DNA from: an uncultured Verrucomicrobiota bacterium
GTDB taxonomy: Bacteria; Verrucomicrobiota; Kiritimatiellia; CAIVKH01
NCBI GenBank assembly: GCA_964503335.1
Contig: CAZCZZ010000003.1
Span: 41,384-105,383 of the forward strand
Direction of reading: 5' to 3'
DNA length: 64,000 nucleotides
Below the pieces are notes generated by a model. It searched no databases, was not told where the DNA came from, and saw only the letters and a list, made by a program, of their open reading frames with translations. Shown here one piece after another: positions 18,673 through 27,266 of this stretch; within the stretch, counting starts at the first letter, position 1; every line of letters begins with the position of its first letter. Made by a program: the position numbers and the translations under genes.

Positions 18673-19677
18673 CTAGACCATGGACGCGATGTAGGCGATC
18701 AATTCTTCCTGCGTGCAGGTTGCGGTGCCGAGTTTGCCGACGACTACGCCGGCGGCGTAGTTTGCGATCTCGGCGGCTTCGACGTGGTCGGCCCCGGCGG
18801 CGAGGGCGAGGACACAGGTCGCGATGACGGTGTCCCCTGCTCCGCTGACATCGTACACCTCACGCGCCCGAGTTGGAACGTGGCGCGGCTTTTCTTTGTC
18901 GGAGACAAGCAGCATACCGTGGGGACCGAGCGTGATCGCGAGGAAGTCCGGCTTCCATCGCTTGAGGAGAATGCGCCCGACTTCAAGCAGCGCTTTGTCC
19001 TTAAGCGGATTCGCTTCGGGCCGCGTTTCATCGCGACCAGCGCCCACGAACGCTTCCTTGCGGTTCGGCGTGGCGACCGTGATGCCGCCGACGCGCAGCC
19101 GTTCGTTATCTTTCGGGTCGAGGCCGACAGGGATTCGCTTCCGGCGCGCAGCTTTCAGGACCGTGTCGACCACGAACTGTTGGACAACCCCTTTGCCATA
19201 GTCCTCGATGATCACGCCGGAGCACTTCCGCACCTCGGCATCGACCTTGCGCGCAAATGCCGCACGGGAAGCGCGGTTGAACGACCACGACTTCTCCCAG
19301 TCGATTCGGACGATCTGTTGCCGGTCGGCCAGCACCCGGGACTTCACGATCGTCGGAATGTCCTGGAGCACCGTCACGCCTGCCGTGCGGATGCCATTCT
19401 GCTTGAGGATGGAAGTGAGTTCCGTCCCCGCGTCATCGCGTCCGATCACGCCGCACACGGAGGCGCCGCCGCCGAGCGCGCGAAGGTTCAGCGCGACGTT
19501 GGAAGATCCGCCGGGAACGGCCCGTTCGCGATCGACATGGACCACCGGCACGGGTGCTTCGGGCGAGATGCGGCTGACCGACCCGTGGATGTAGCGGTCG
19601 AGCATGAGGTCGCCCACCACCAGAATGCGCTGCTTCCTGCAGCGGCGGAGTATGTCGCGTACGCGGTCAAGATTCAT
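18673..19677 (-). CDS. PfkB-family sugar kinase resembling D-glycero-beta-D-manno-heptose-7-phosphate kinase (HldE domain I / HldA-like), stand-alone.
   Basis: ILVVGDLMLDRYIHGSVSRISPEAPVPVV N-terminus, typical of RfaE/HldE domain I. C-terminal VSGAGDTV PfkB motif. No fused adenylyltransferase domain. Confidence 0.65.
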   Translation of the reverse strand: MNLDRVRDILRRCRKQRILVVGDLMLDRYIHGSVSRISPEAPVPVVHVDRERAVPGGSSNVALNLRALGGGASVCGVIGRDDAGTELTSILKQNGIRTAGVTVLQDIPTIVKSRVLADRQQIVRIDWEKSWSFNRASRAAFARKVDAEVRKCSGVIIEDYGKGVVQQFVVDTVLKAARRKRIPVGLDPKDNERLRVGGITVATPNRKEAFVGAGRDETRPEANPLKDKALLEVGRILLKRWKPDFLAITLGPHGMLLVSDKEKPRHVPTRAREVYDVSGAGDTVIATCVLALAAGADHVEAAEIANYAAGVVVGKLGTATCTQEELIAYIASMV

Positions 19678-19723
19678 AAGGACACCTGAATGGGCCTTAC
19701 TCTTGGATTCCCAGCCGCTTGCG

Positions 19724-20521
19724 TCAATCCCGATCCTTCACGGGCTTGACCCACAGGTCGTCGCCCGGACCGAGCACCTTGTTCAAGCTCAGGCGGATAT
19801 TGGCGACCGGCACCTCGGCCATCATGCGCGCACACAGGCGGCGCTCATCCTGGCTTACCCAGAACGTGACCTTGCCCTTGCGGACAAACAGGCCCTGAAA
19901 GGCCGCTTCGGGCTCAACGCGAATGGTCTCAATCTTGCCGAAGCGGTCGAGCTTCACCGTCTCGATCTTCTTCGGCTTCACGAACACCTCGTACAGTTTC
20001 TCGTCGGCCATGATGCGATGGACCGTCGTCCCGCCGACGTTAAAGCCATCCTTCCGGAGGTAGTACATGAGTGAAATGATGTCGCGCGTGTCCTCCGCGA
20101 TCGCAAATTCCTTCTTCTTGCCGCTCTTGTGGGATTCCCATTTCGCGATCTTGTTCGCGTGGTCAAAGAGCGTGACCTCGTCCGCCCTGTACTTTCCCTC
20201 ACTCAGCTTCTTCACAAACCGCAACGGTAGGAAGGTCTCTGGATCAACCAGGCTCTCGAGCAGGTCGTTCACGGGATAGATCGAATCCATGAGGCCGTAG
20301 GTCTTCGTGCGGAAGCGGATGGCGATGACCTTGCGGCCTTCGAATTCCTCCCACGACGTCGTGACGTGCGTTTGTCCGATGTCGAGGAAGCCCCACTCGA
20401 TGTCGTAAATCTGTTCCTCGCCGACCTGAAACCAGAGATTCGTCGGCTGCTCGCCCTCCGCACGTGCAGGCCCCGCGCTGGTGATGATCACGAGGACGAG
20501 GACCAGCCACCGCAGCTTCAT
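19724..20521 (-). CDS. DUF3108-like secreted protein.
   Basis: Signal peptide, then all-beta sequence whose size and pattern recall DUF3108 proteins. Family call is tentative. Confidence 0.4.
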   Translation of the reverse strand: MKLRWLVLVLVIITSAGPARAEGEQPTNLWFQVGEEQIYDIEWGFLDIGQTHVTTSWEEFEGRKVIAIRFRTKTYGLMDSIYPVNDLLESLVDPETFLPLRFVKKLSEGKYRADEVTLFDHANKIAKWESHKSGKKKEFAIAEDTRDIISLMYYLRKDGFNVGGTTVHRIMADEKLYEVFVKPKKIETVKLDRFGKIETIRVEPEAAFQGLFVRKGKVTFWVSQDERRLCARMMAEVPVANIRLSLNKVLGPGDDLWVKPVKDRD

Positions 20522-21654
20522 GCCGCCTCCGCCGATTTGCGCTGTGGCTTGAGCCAGCGAATGATCGCGAGTTCAAGGAGTAGCTCCGGCGGAACCGAGC
20601 TGGATCGCACCTGCTCTTGCAGTGACAGGATGTCGTTCTTGAGCGAGAGCAGTTCCTGCATCGAGAACTTTGCAGCGATCTCGGCGGCTTTCGTCACGCG
20701 GAATGGATGCATCTTGCGCGGATCGGGATCAAGCATCGACAGCATCCGATCCACCGCAGGGTCATCGCTCCACTCCGGGTTGCCGTAGCGCGCGGGCGGA
20801 CGCATCCAGCGCCGCTGGATGCAGTCCTTGATAATCAACCATTCGCGCGCGCTCTTCTCGAGGAATGTGAGCATCAGGATGGGATGCTGTCGCTGCGCCA
20901 GCAACAACCGCAACTGCTTCAAGGCTTCGCGCAGGTTTCGCTCGCCGACAAACTGCGCCAACTCCCACGGCGGAATCTCGCGCGTCGGGGCGACCATCGT
21001 GAGCACATCCTGCAGGGTCACGTCGCGGCGCTTCTGTACATACAGATCGAGCTTCTCGACCTCCTGTCGAAGCATCCTGATGTCCGGCCCAACCCGCGCC
21101 ACGAGCGCCTGACGGGCCGACTCCTCCATCCGCAAGCCGTGCTGCTGAATCAGGTCGGCCAGTGCTTCCCTCGTGAACGCGTCCGCCTCGCGAGCCTTGT
21201 CGGGCACACTGAATTCGCGCACCTCGGCAGCGGTCTGGCAGGCCTTGTAGAACGCGGAACGTTTGTCCACCGCGGGCGAACTGATGACGAGCTTCTGTCC
21301 ATCCATGACGCCGCGCTTGATCTCATCGACCAGCTCGCCGACCTTCTTTTTTACTTCCTCGTACTTTCCCGGCTCGCCGCTGCTGAGGAAGCTGGCGTCC
21401 TTCAGCCAGATCGTCTTGCCGGCGCCGAAGAAGCCGACGGTCTGGACGGCGAGAAGCGTCTTGGACACGGCATTGACGGCCTCGTCCACGGTGTCCACGG
21501 CCCCATCGATGACATCCAGGCTCAGCGACTGCTGGTCCTGCGGACACAGAGAATTCACAAGCTCCCGGCACGAGGTGGACACCTGGTCGGCATCGTCCCC
21601 GAAGACGAGAAAGACCGTCTTCGCTGTTTCCGCCTTCTTGCTACTTGTCGCCAT
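20518..21654 (-). CDS. holA: DNA polymerase III delta subunit-like protein.
   Basis: 378 aa. N-terminus VFLVFGDD..., then helical C-terminal domains with delta-subunit-like architecture. Moderate confidence from pattern only. Confidence 0.5.
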   Translation of the reverse strand: MATSSKKAETAKTVFLVFGDDADQVSTSCRELVNSLCPQDQQSLSLDVIDGAVDTVDEAVNAVSKTLLAVQTVGFFGAGKTIWLKDASFLSSGEPGKYEEVKKKVGELVDEIKRGVMDGQKLVISSPAVDKRSAFYKACQTAAEVREFSVPDKAREADAFTREALADLIQQHGLRMEESARQALVARVGPDIRMLRQEVEKLDLYVQKRRDVTLQDVLTMVAPTREIPPWELAQFVGERNLREALKQLRLLLAQRQHPILMLTFLEKSAREWLIIKDCIQRRWMRPPARYGNPEWSDDPAVDRMLSMLDPDPRKMHPFRVTKAAEIAAKFSMQELLSLKNDILSLQEQVRSSSVPPELLLELAIIRWLKPQRKSAEAA

Positions 21655-22543
21655 GATCGTTGCTTGCCCGCCTGTACGTCACCATGCCATCCAGCATGCG
21701 ATGCAGCTTTCGAGATTGCTCCGTTGTAACTCCGAAACGATCCGACAAAAGGCTCAAGAAATCAATGTCCCGTCCGTCGCAGGCCGCGCGAATCACGTCC
21801 GGGAACACTTCTTCGCCCAGTTGTTGAACGGTCCACGCCACGACGGCCTCGGTTGTCGCATAAAACGCCCGGGCCTGATACGTATCGGGTGGATACGCGT
21901 TCTGCCGCTCTGCCTGCTTGAGCGACATCGCCCGCACTTCACCGCGGCTGAACGACTTGTCCGCGTCCTCTCCCTGCTTCTCCAGGAACTCCCTCTCGAC
22001 CTCATTCCCCAGGTAGAGCGCTGTTCCTTCGTCCAGCCAAAGCGGCAGGTTGTCCGCGCACAACTCGCGCACGCGGACATGAACCAGCTCGTGCACCACG
22101 CGCCGCGCCATGTCCCCGTCTGCCCTGGCCGTCAATACGAAGAGCTCCCTGCCCAACTGCATCGCCAGCCCATCCGGACGAAACCCGTGCTTCTGAATCA
22201 ACTTCTCCCACTGCTTCTCGTCGTCGATGAGAAAGACGTGGATCTTCTGTGTGCGCGCCGGCAGGTAGAGCTTGCGGCCGATCTCGTCCACGGCGAATCC
22301 CGCTGCCTGCGCCGCGGCATCGACGCTCCGGATCGATGCGCCGTGACAGATCGTGCGGTCACCCTCCGCGTGAAACCACGCGGTGCCACCCGACTCGAGC
22401 ACCTGCCTGCCCAGGGCGGAGAGCTCACGGTCCGACACATCAAGCCACGCCTTCATCCGGTAGACCGGCGCATCTTCCCCGGCGCGCGCGATGCCAGCCG
22501 CGACGAGCAGGCCACAGAACATCCGGATGATGGGTCGAAGCAT
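21641..22543 (-). CDS. Secreted HExxH metallopeptidase-like protein.
   Basis: Signal peptide MLRPIIRMFCGLLVAAGIARA and HELVHV zinc-binding motif. The ORF track start at 22573 is a TTG. ATGs at 22543 and 22522. Confidence 0.45.
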   Translation of the reverse strand: MLRPIIRMFCGLLVAAGIARAGEDAPVYRMKAWLDVSDRELSALGRQVLESGGTAWFHAEGDRTICHGASIRSVDAAAQAAGFAVDEIGRKLYLPARTQKIHVFLIDDEKQWEKLIQKHGFRPDGLAMQLGRELFVLTARADGDMARRVVHELVHVRVRELCADNLPLWLDEGTALYLGNEVEREFLEKQGEDADKSFSRGEVRAMSLKQAERQNAYPPDTYQARAFYATTEAVVAWTVQQLGEEVFPDVIRAACDGRDIDFLSLLSDRFGVTTEQSRKLHRMLDGMVTYRRASNDHGDK

Positions 22544-22612
22544 TCTCACTCTTGCTGACGGTAGAGTCCGCAAGCTACCTTGTCACGAGTGAACCCGACC
22601 GCTTCCCATTCG

Positions 22613-23416
22613 ATGTTCCGAGAGCATGTCGTGCGTGCCCTGCGCGCCACGGGACTGCTGCAGCTTTACGACACCGCAAAGTTCGGCGCCTGCACGCTGT
22701 CGGCGCAAAATGCCAACCGTGCATTCATCGCGGAGCATCCCACCCTGGCCCTTCCGCCTCTGTCTCTTATGTATGACGCCTACGGCCACGTACAGTATTC
22801 GGTCTATCACGAAGGCGGCCAAGCCCACGCGGCATACATCCACGGGCTTGCAACGAAGGTCCTCGGGCAGCCCCCCACGAGCATCCTGGAGTGGGGCTGC
22901 GGACCGGCCCGCGTGATCCGTCACATGCCGCTTTCGCCCGGACACCGCGTCATCGGCACGGACTACAATCCCGACACGATCGCGTGGTGCCGAAAGGCCG
23001 TGCCCGGGATTGAGTTCATCGAGAATGGCCTTGAGCCCCCGCTCGCCATCGAAAGCGGAAGCGTCGCACTGGTCTACGCGCTATCCGTCTTCACGCATCT
23101 TTCCGAGGCGATGCACAAGGCATGGCGCGACGAATTATTCCGCGTCCTGCGTCCCGGCGGCATCCTCATCGCCACGTTGCACGGCGACTTCTACCGCGAA
23201 CGGCATCTACTGGATGACGAACGCACGACCTATGACGCCGGACGCCTTGTCGTCCGCGGCGGCGTCCGCGAAGGCCGCAAATGGTTCGCCGCCTTCCACA
23301 GCCCGAAATACGTGCGCGAATCCTTCGCCGGCCCCTTCGAAGTTATCGAACACCTCCCCAGCCCCCTCCCCAACAGCATCGAACAGGACATCTGGGTCCT
23401 CCGCCGCCCTGCATGA
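22613..23416 (+). CDS. Class I SAM-dependent methyltransferase.
   Basis: ILEWGCGPARV glycine-rich SAM-binding motif and VLRPGGILI. The ORF track start at 22580 is a TTG. Confidence 0.7.
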   Translation: MFREHVVRALRATGLLQLYDTAKFGACTLSAQNANRAFIAEHPTLALPPLSLMYDAYGHVQYSVYHEGGQAHAAYIHGLATKVLGQPPTSILEWGCGPARVIRHMPLSPGHRVIGTDYNPDTIAWCRKAVPGIEFIENGLEPPLAIESGSVALVYALSVFTHLSEAMHKAWRDELFRVLRPGGILIATLHGDFYRERHLLDDERTTYDAGRLVVRGGVREGRKWFAAFHSPKYVRESFAGPFEVIEHLPSPLPNSIEQDIWVLRRPA

Positions 23417-23691
23417 TCCTCGTCAAATTCTCAATCGTAATCGTAATCTCAATCATCCGCTCGTCATTATCCGTAGTCCTCTTTCCTATCTTTGGAACGT
23501 CGACCAGCGCCCTCCTGCCCTGTAGTCCGCCCCCGGCGTCAAGCCTTCCAACACGATCCCCCCTGTATCATTCACCGCAGGCTGCCACGTGAGAGTCGCT
23601 TGCCGCGCCTCACCGCGGTCGCGCAATGATGATGCGACACTGCCGCATCAAACGGGGCGTCACCACGTTCGAGCTGGCGCGCTGCAGCCGG

Positions 23692-25155
23692 TCATGCACC
23701 GGGCGCGTGGAACAAACCATCGGGATCATATTTCTGTCGCAGTTTCCCAAGCTGCTCCCAACTGGTATCGCTGAAGGAACGGCGCGTGCGCGACGCGTCG
23801 GCGTCAAGGTCTGCTTCTCCGACATAGTGTCCGATGGTCGCTCCCGCAAAGGCCGCGCTGGTCTTGCGAAGCCAGTCCAGGTTCGCGCCATCCGCCGTCT
23901 CGTCGTCCCAGATCGCATACGTATTAAGATAGACCGGGCCGACTACGGAGAACGCACAGTTCGGAAGAGGTGGCGCATCGGGAGGAGGCGGCGGCATGAC
24001 CACGCCAATCATGAGCGCTTTGCTCGACGGCGATTGCCGGTACTGCCCGGCGGCCGTCTTGAACAACTCGTCGGGATTGCCAGCCAGCCACAGCGTGTCC
24101 GATGCATAGCGCAGGCCCGGTTTGAAACTGCTGTCGATCAGGTCAAAGAGCGTGTCAAGGGGCGTGGCCTCATTCATCTTCTTTTGGAGAATTCCCTCCA
24201 CGGGACACGTAGCGAAAGCCCTGAGAGCTTCGACCGCTTCATCATGCGTCGTCGAAAAGGCCGTGGCCATAACCACGCACACCTGCGCGCCCTCCGGCCC
24301 GGCGGCAAAAGTCATGGTTGCCTCGACATTCGTGCGCAATGTCGCGACGGCGCCTGCCATCCAGCGCACAATTTCCTCCGTCTTTTCGAGCGGATAAACG
24401 AGCGTGGTCGTCTCGATCGCAGCCGGCAAATCGTATGCACGGAGGTGGTACGCGACCACAACGCCAAAGAAGCCGGGCCCGCCGCCACGCGCAGCCCAGA
24501 AGAGGTCTGCATTCTCCCGTTCGTCGGCATGGAGCAGTTGACCGTCGGCCGTCACGATATCCACTGCAGTCACGTTCCAGCAGGCCACGCCCCAAGCGCC
24601 GGCATTCCAGCCGAACCCACCCCCGAGGAGATAGCCCCCGATGGTCACCGTCGGGCAATGGCCGCATGGGAAAGCGAGCCCCTGCTCCGCCAGTTGTGCA
24701 GCCAGCTCTCGGTTCTGGATACCTGGCCCTGCGACAACGGACTTGACCGCGCTATCGATCTTCACGTCGCGCAATGCGCCTACGTCGATCAGCATGCCGC
24801 CGTTGCGCACGGCCGTGCCGCTCATGTGGTGCCCGCCGCTGCGCACCGACACCCTCATCCCCTCCTTGCGTGCATAGTCGACTGCGGCCCGCACGTCATC
24901 AACCGAACCCGCCTGCACAATGACGTCCGGGACACGCTTTGGCTTGCGCCCGTTCCACAAGAGTCGATCCAGCGCGGAGCCGAAGCGCGGGTTGTCTGGC
25001 AGGATCAGCTTTCCATCGAGACCACCGGCAAGCTCCGCAGCTTCCGCGCGCCCGTTCATCCTTGGCGCATTGGGAATGACCGCTGCGATGGCACCGAGCA
25101 AACGCGCCAGTGCTTCGCGGCGGGATAGAAGTGAAGTCCTGAATTCATGCAACAT
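23692..25155 (-). CDS. FAD-linked oxidase (PCMH-type FAD-binding, BBE/VAO-like) with TAT signal.
   Basis: SRREALARLLGAIA TAT motif. FAD-binding motifs include RSGGHH, GHCPTVTIGGYLLGGGFGW and ARGGGPGFFGVV. Confidence 0.75.
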   Translation of the reverse strand: MLHEFRTSLLSRREALARLLGAIAAVIPNAPRMNGRAEAAELAGGLDGKLILPDNPRFGSALDRLLWNGRKPKRVPDVIVQAGSVDDVRAAVDYARKEGMRVSVRSGGHHMSGTAVRNGGMLIDVGALRDVKIDSAVKSVVAGPGIQNRELAAQLAEQGLAFPCGHCPTVTIGGYLLGGGFGWNAGAWGVACWNVTAVDIVTADGQLLHADERENADLFWAARGGGPGFFGVVVAYHLRAYDLPAAIETTTLVYPLEKTEEIVRWMAGAVATLRTNVEATMTFAAGPEGAQVCVVMATAFSTTHDEAVEALRAFATCPVEGILQKKMNEATPLDTLFDLIDSSFKPGLRYASDTLWLAGNPDELFKTAAGQYRQSPSSKALMIGVVMPPPPPDAPPLPNCAFSVVGPVYLNTYAIWDDETADGANLDWLRKTSAAFAGATIGHYVGEADLDADASRTRRSFSDTSWEQLGKLRQKYDPDGLFHAPGA

Positions 25156-25379
25156 GCCAGCTTCCTTTCTCCAGTTTGCCCACGAGCCTCTTGAAGCGGT
25201 GAAGGACGAAAGCCGTGAACCGCCACCGCGGACTTTAGCAATCCGACGAACCAGAATTCAACGGCGATGAGGATGTCGGGGTCCGACCCACGCCCGTCAA
25301 GATCCCCGACAGGTCATGCGGCGTATGTCGTACTTCAAGACCTGACACCCTTCATGGCGCAGCGCGTTGTTGAAACGCT

Positions 25380-25796
25380 TCAGGTCCTTTTCTTCCTCCG
25401 AGCAAGCAAGAGTTGTTCTGCGAGATCGGTGATGAACCACTCCTCCACGATCAGGTTGTCTTTGAATCTACTCGTAATCATCTCCCGCCACACGACTCGG
25501 CGATTCGAAGGCGGGAACCCCTTGAACGGGCCACGGTGCGTGGCCCGGATCGTTCTCTGCCAGGCCACTCGGTCACCCAGTTCCACCAGAATGTCGAAGG
25601 TCATCGTGATGTTTGAGAAGGCGTTGTGGTACAGGGTGACCACCTGCCGAATCAACTCGTGTCCGCCCGACAAATCCTTTCCCGTCACATGCGCCACGTA
25701 TTCAGGGGAGAAGTAGTTCGGAATGGAGCCGGCCTCGCCACGCTCAAGCAGCGCCCTGCTCGCCCTCCTTATCCGCGAGACATTCGTGTTCTTCAT
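25380..25796 (-). CDS. SnoaL-like / predicted ester-cyclase family protein.
   Basis: 138 aa. TMTFDILVELGDRVAWQRTIRATHRGPFKGFPPSNRRVVW...IVEEWFITDL resembles NTF2-fold SnoaL-like cyclases. Confidence 0.5.
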   Translation of the reverse strand: MKNTNVSRIRRASRALLERGEAGSIPNYFSPEYVAHVTGKDLSGGHELIRQVVTLYHNAFSNITMTFDILVELGDRVAWQRTIRATHRGPFKGFPPSNRRVVWREMITSRFKDNLIVEEWFITDLAEQLLLARRKKRT

Positions 25797-25838
25797 GACA
25801 GGTGCTTCCCGACAGGTCGTTCGCCGTAGTTCATTGCA

Positions 25839-26084
25839 TCATCGGATTCGCAGCATGACGACCACCAACATCACAGCCGTTATGAGGTAAATGAACCCGA
25901 AGGCTCGAATGTAGTTGGGTGTCCATTTCTCCGTGTACCATTCGCGCGTGGGCTGCTCGTATTCCCAGTACCTTATCCACCACTCCATCAGCATGCGGAT
26001 CCGTAGAGGGAACAAGATCATCGCGACGGCTGAGCAGGCCAGAAGGATCGACAGAATCAAAATCGCTTGAGTGCTCATATGCAT
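25839..26084 (-). CDS. Small hypothetical two-TM membrane protein.
   Basis: Two hydrophobic helices. No family recognised. Start ambiguous (GTG or ATG). Confidence 0.3.
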   Translation of the reverse strand: MHMSTQAILILSILLACSAVAMILFPLRIRMLMEWWIRYWEYEQPTREWYTEKWTPNYIRAFGFIYLITAVMLVVVMLRIR

Positions 26085-26138
26085 CACCTCGCGGTCGAAC
26101 GTTCACGCTGTGGATGCGAGGTCCGCCGCGGACCGAAG

Positions 26139-26504
26139 CTATCCACCGGCGTGTGGTTGGCCATCCCCTGCCTTGTTTCCCAGAGTTCCCCAACCGTCCG
26201 AATAGCCTCCGAATGGTTTTGCCATCTCGTCGAGGTCATCTTGTGCCAAGATAATTGCCTCATACGCGGGGACCATTTGTTTCGAACAGTAGCATGTCCA
26301 GGTTTGCGATTCAGAGTCGCGTTCGACTTTGGGTTCGAATCCGAGTGTCCTAACCCGTTCAGCGAATTGTCGACCTGTCCTTTCATCTGGCACAGCAACC
26401 ATGAAGTCGACCAGCATCGGTTTGGTCATGTCGGACCCGTCACCCGCCACACGTCTGAGTGCATCTCCGTCCGCATTCTCAGGATAAGACATCATCGTAT
26501 CCAT
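26139..26504 (-). CDS. Hypothetical protein, RraB-like (regulator of ribonuclease activity B / DUF695-like).
   Basis: ~120 aa acidic protein with VDFMVAVPDERTGRQFAERVRTLGFEP pattern. Family call is tentative. Confidence 0.35.
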   Translation of the reverse strand: MDTMMSYPENADGDALRRVAGDGSDMTKPMLVDFMVAVPDERTGRQFAERVRTLGFEPKVERDSESQTWTCYCSKQMVPAYEAIILAQDDLDEMAKPFGGYSDGWGTLGNKAGDGQPHAGG

Positions 26505-26824
26505 TTCGGCCAACGTCTAATCTACCGCATGACACTTTTGCTGGCGACGCGCCTTGATTTGTCGAAAGTGAGCAAAAATTCGTCCGGTTCGTGGGCCCAA
26601 GCCTAGCAGGGCGATGCCTTTGGGTAAAGTGACCAGCGGGATGGATTAGCGTCGTGAGTTTCCGTGCGCGTGCTTGACCCACAGTTCCGTTCTGTGCGGT
26701 ATATCATGGGTCTTCGATTCAACTTTGCCTCCCAGATGCACAAGAAGATTGCGAAGCGGGTGGCGGACGATTGATGCGAACGGGTCCGGGGTCGGCGACC
26801 CCGGCCACAGACGAGGGCCAGGAG

Positions 26825-26875
26825 TTTCCAATCCTTGGAAAGGTGCGCGATGAGGGCTTCCAAGGATTGGAAAGG
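26825..26875. promoter_or_regulatory. Pair of 15-bp palindromic sites TTCCAA-N3-TTGGAA (TTCCAATCCTTGGAA and TTCCAAGGATTGGAA), centres 32 bp apart.
   Basis: Read directly from the sequence. The identical motif pair with the same 32-bp spacing recurs at 63640-63690. Confidence 0.6.
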
Positions 26876-26920
26876 ACGGTCGGAGTATCCGTTGCGGAAG
26901 GTTTCCTCCTCGCTGTTTTG

Positions 26921-27120
26921 TGTCATCTCACGGCTGTTCTGACCGGGGAGTCTGCTGTTCTGCGCGGGAACAGCCTGCTCCGGGCAAGAACAGTGCTGTT
27001 CCGGGACAGATCAGCGCTGTTCCGTGTCAGGACACGCTGCTTTTCGACAGAACAGCGTTGTTCCGGGTCGGAACAGCGCTGTTCCTGCTCATCGCAGCGA
27101 GTACTTTTGCAAGAACAGCG
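26921..27120. repeat. Array of about 7 imperfect copies of the palindrome GAACAG-N2-CTGTTC(CGGG) with 21-22 bp periodicity.
   Basis: Copies include agaacagtgctgttccggg, acagaacagcgttgttccggg, tcggaacagcgctgttcctg (perfect palindrome) and agaacagcgagctcccg. The array is non-coding. Confidence 0.6.
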
Positions 27121-27266
27121 AGCTCCCGACACACCGCAGCGTGTTCCCGGGTCACCGCGGTGAGGCATTTCAGAGCGTCGCTCGATGTTCTATCGAGAGC
27201 ACGAGATCACCCCACGGGGCATTTGACCGTGGGGCTGATCGCGCTATTGTTTGAGCCGGTTACTGT

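Noticed and set aside
18139-19689. 516-aa plus-strand ORF
   Set aside because: Antisense to kdsB and the heptose-kinase gene, both with clear conserved motifs. Arg/Asp/His-rich artefact.
23626-25128. 500-aa ORF on the plus strand
   Set aside because: It is fully antisense to the well-supported FAD-linked oxidase (23692..25155, minus strand). The protein is Arg/Ala/Gly-rich with low complexity, typical of spurious ORFs in high-GC DNA.
26921-27120. Possible CRISPR array, given the regularly spaced palindromic repeats
   Set aside because: The repeat unit is only about 21 bp with no unique spacers between copies. There are no cas genes and no leader. I interpret it as a periodic regulatory palindrome array instead.
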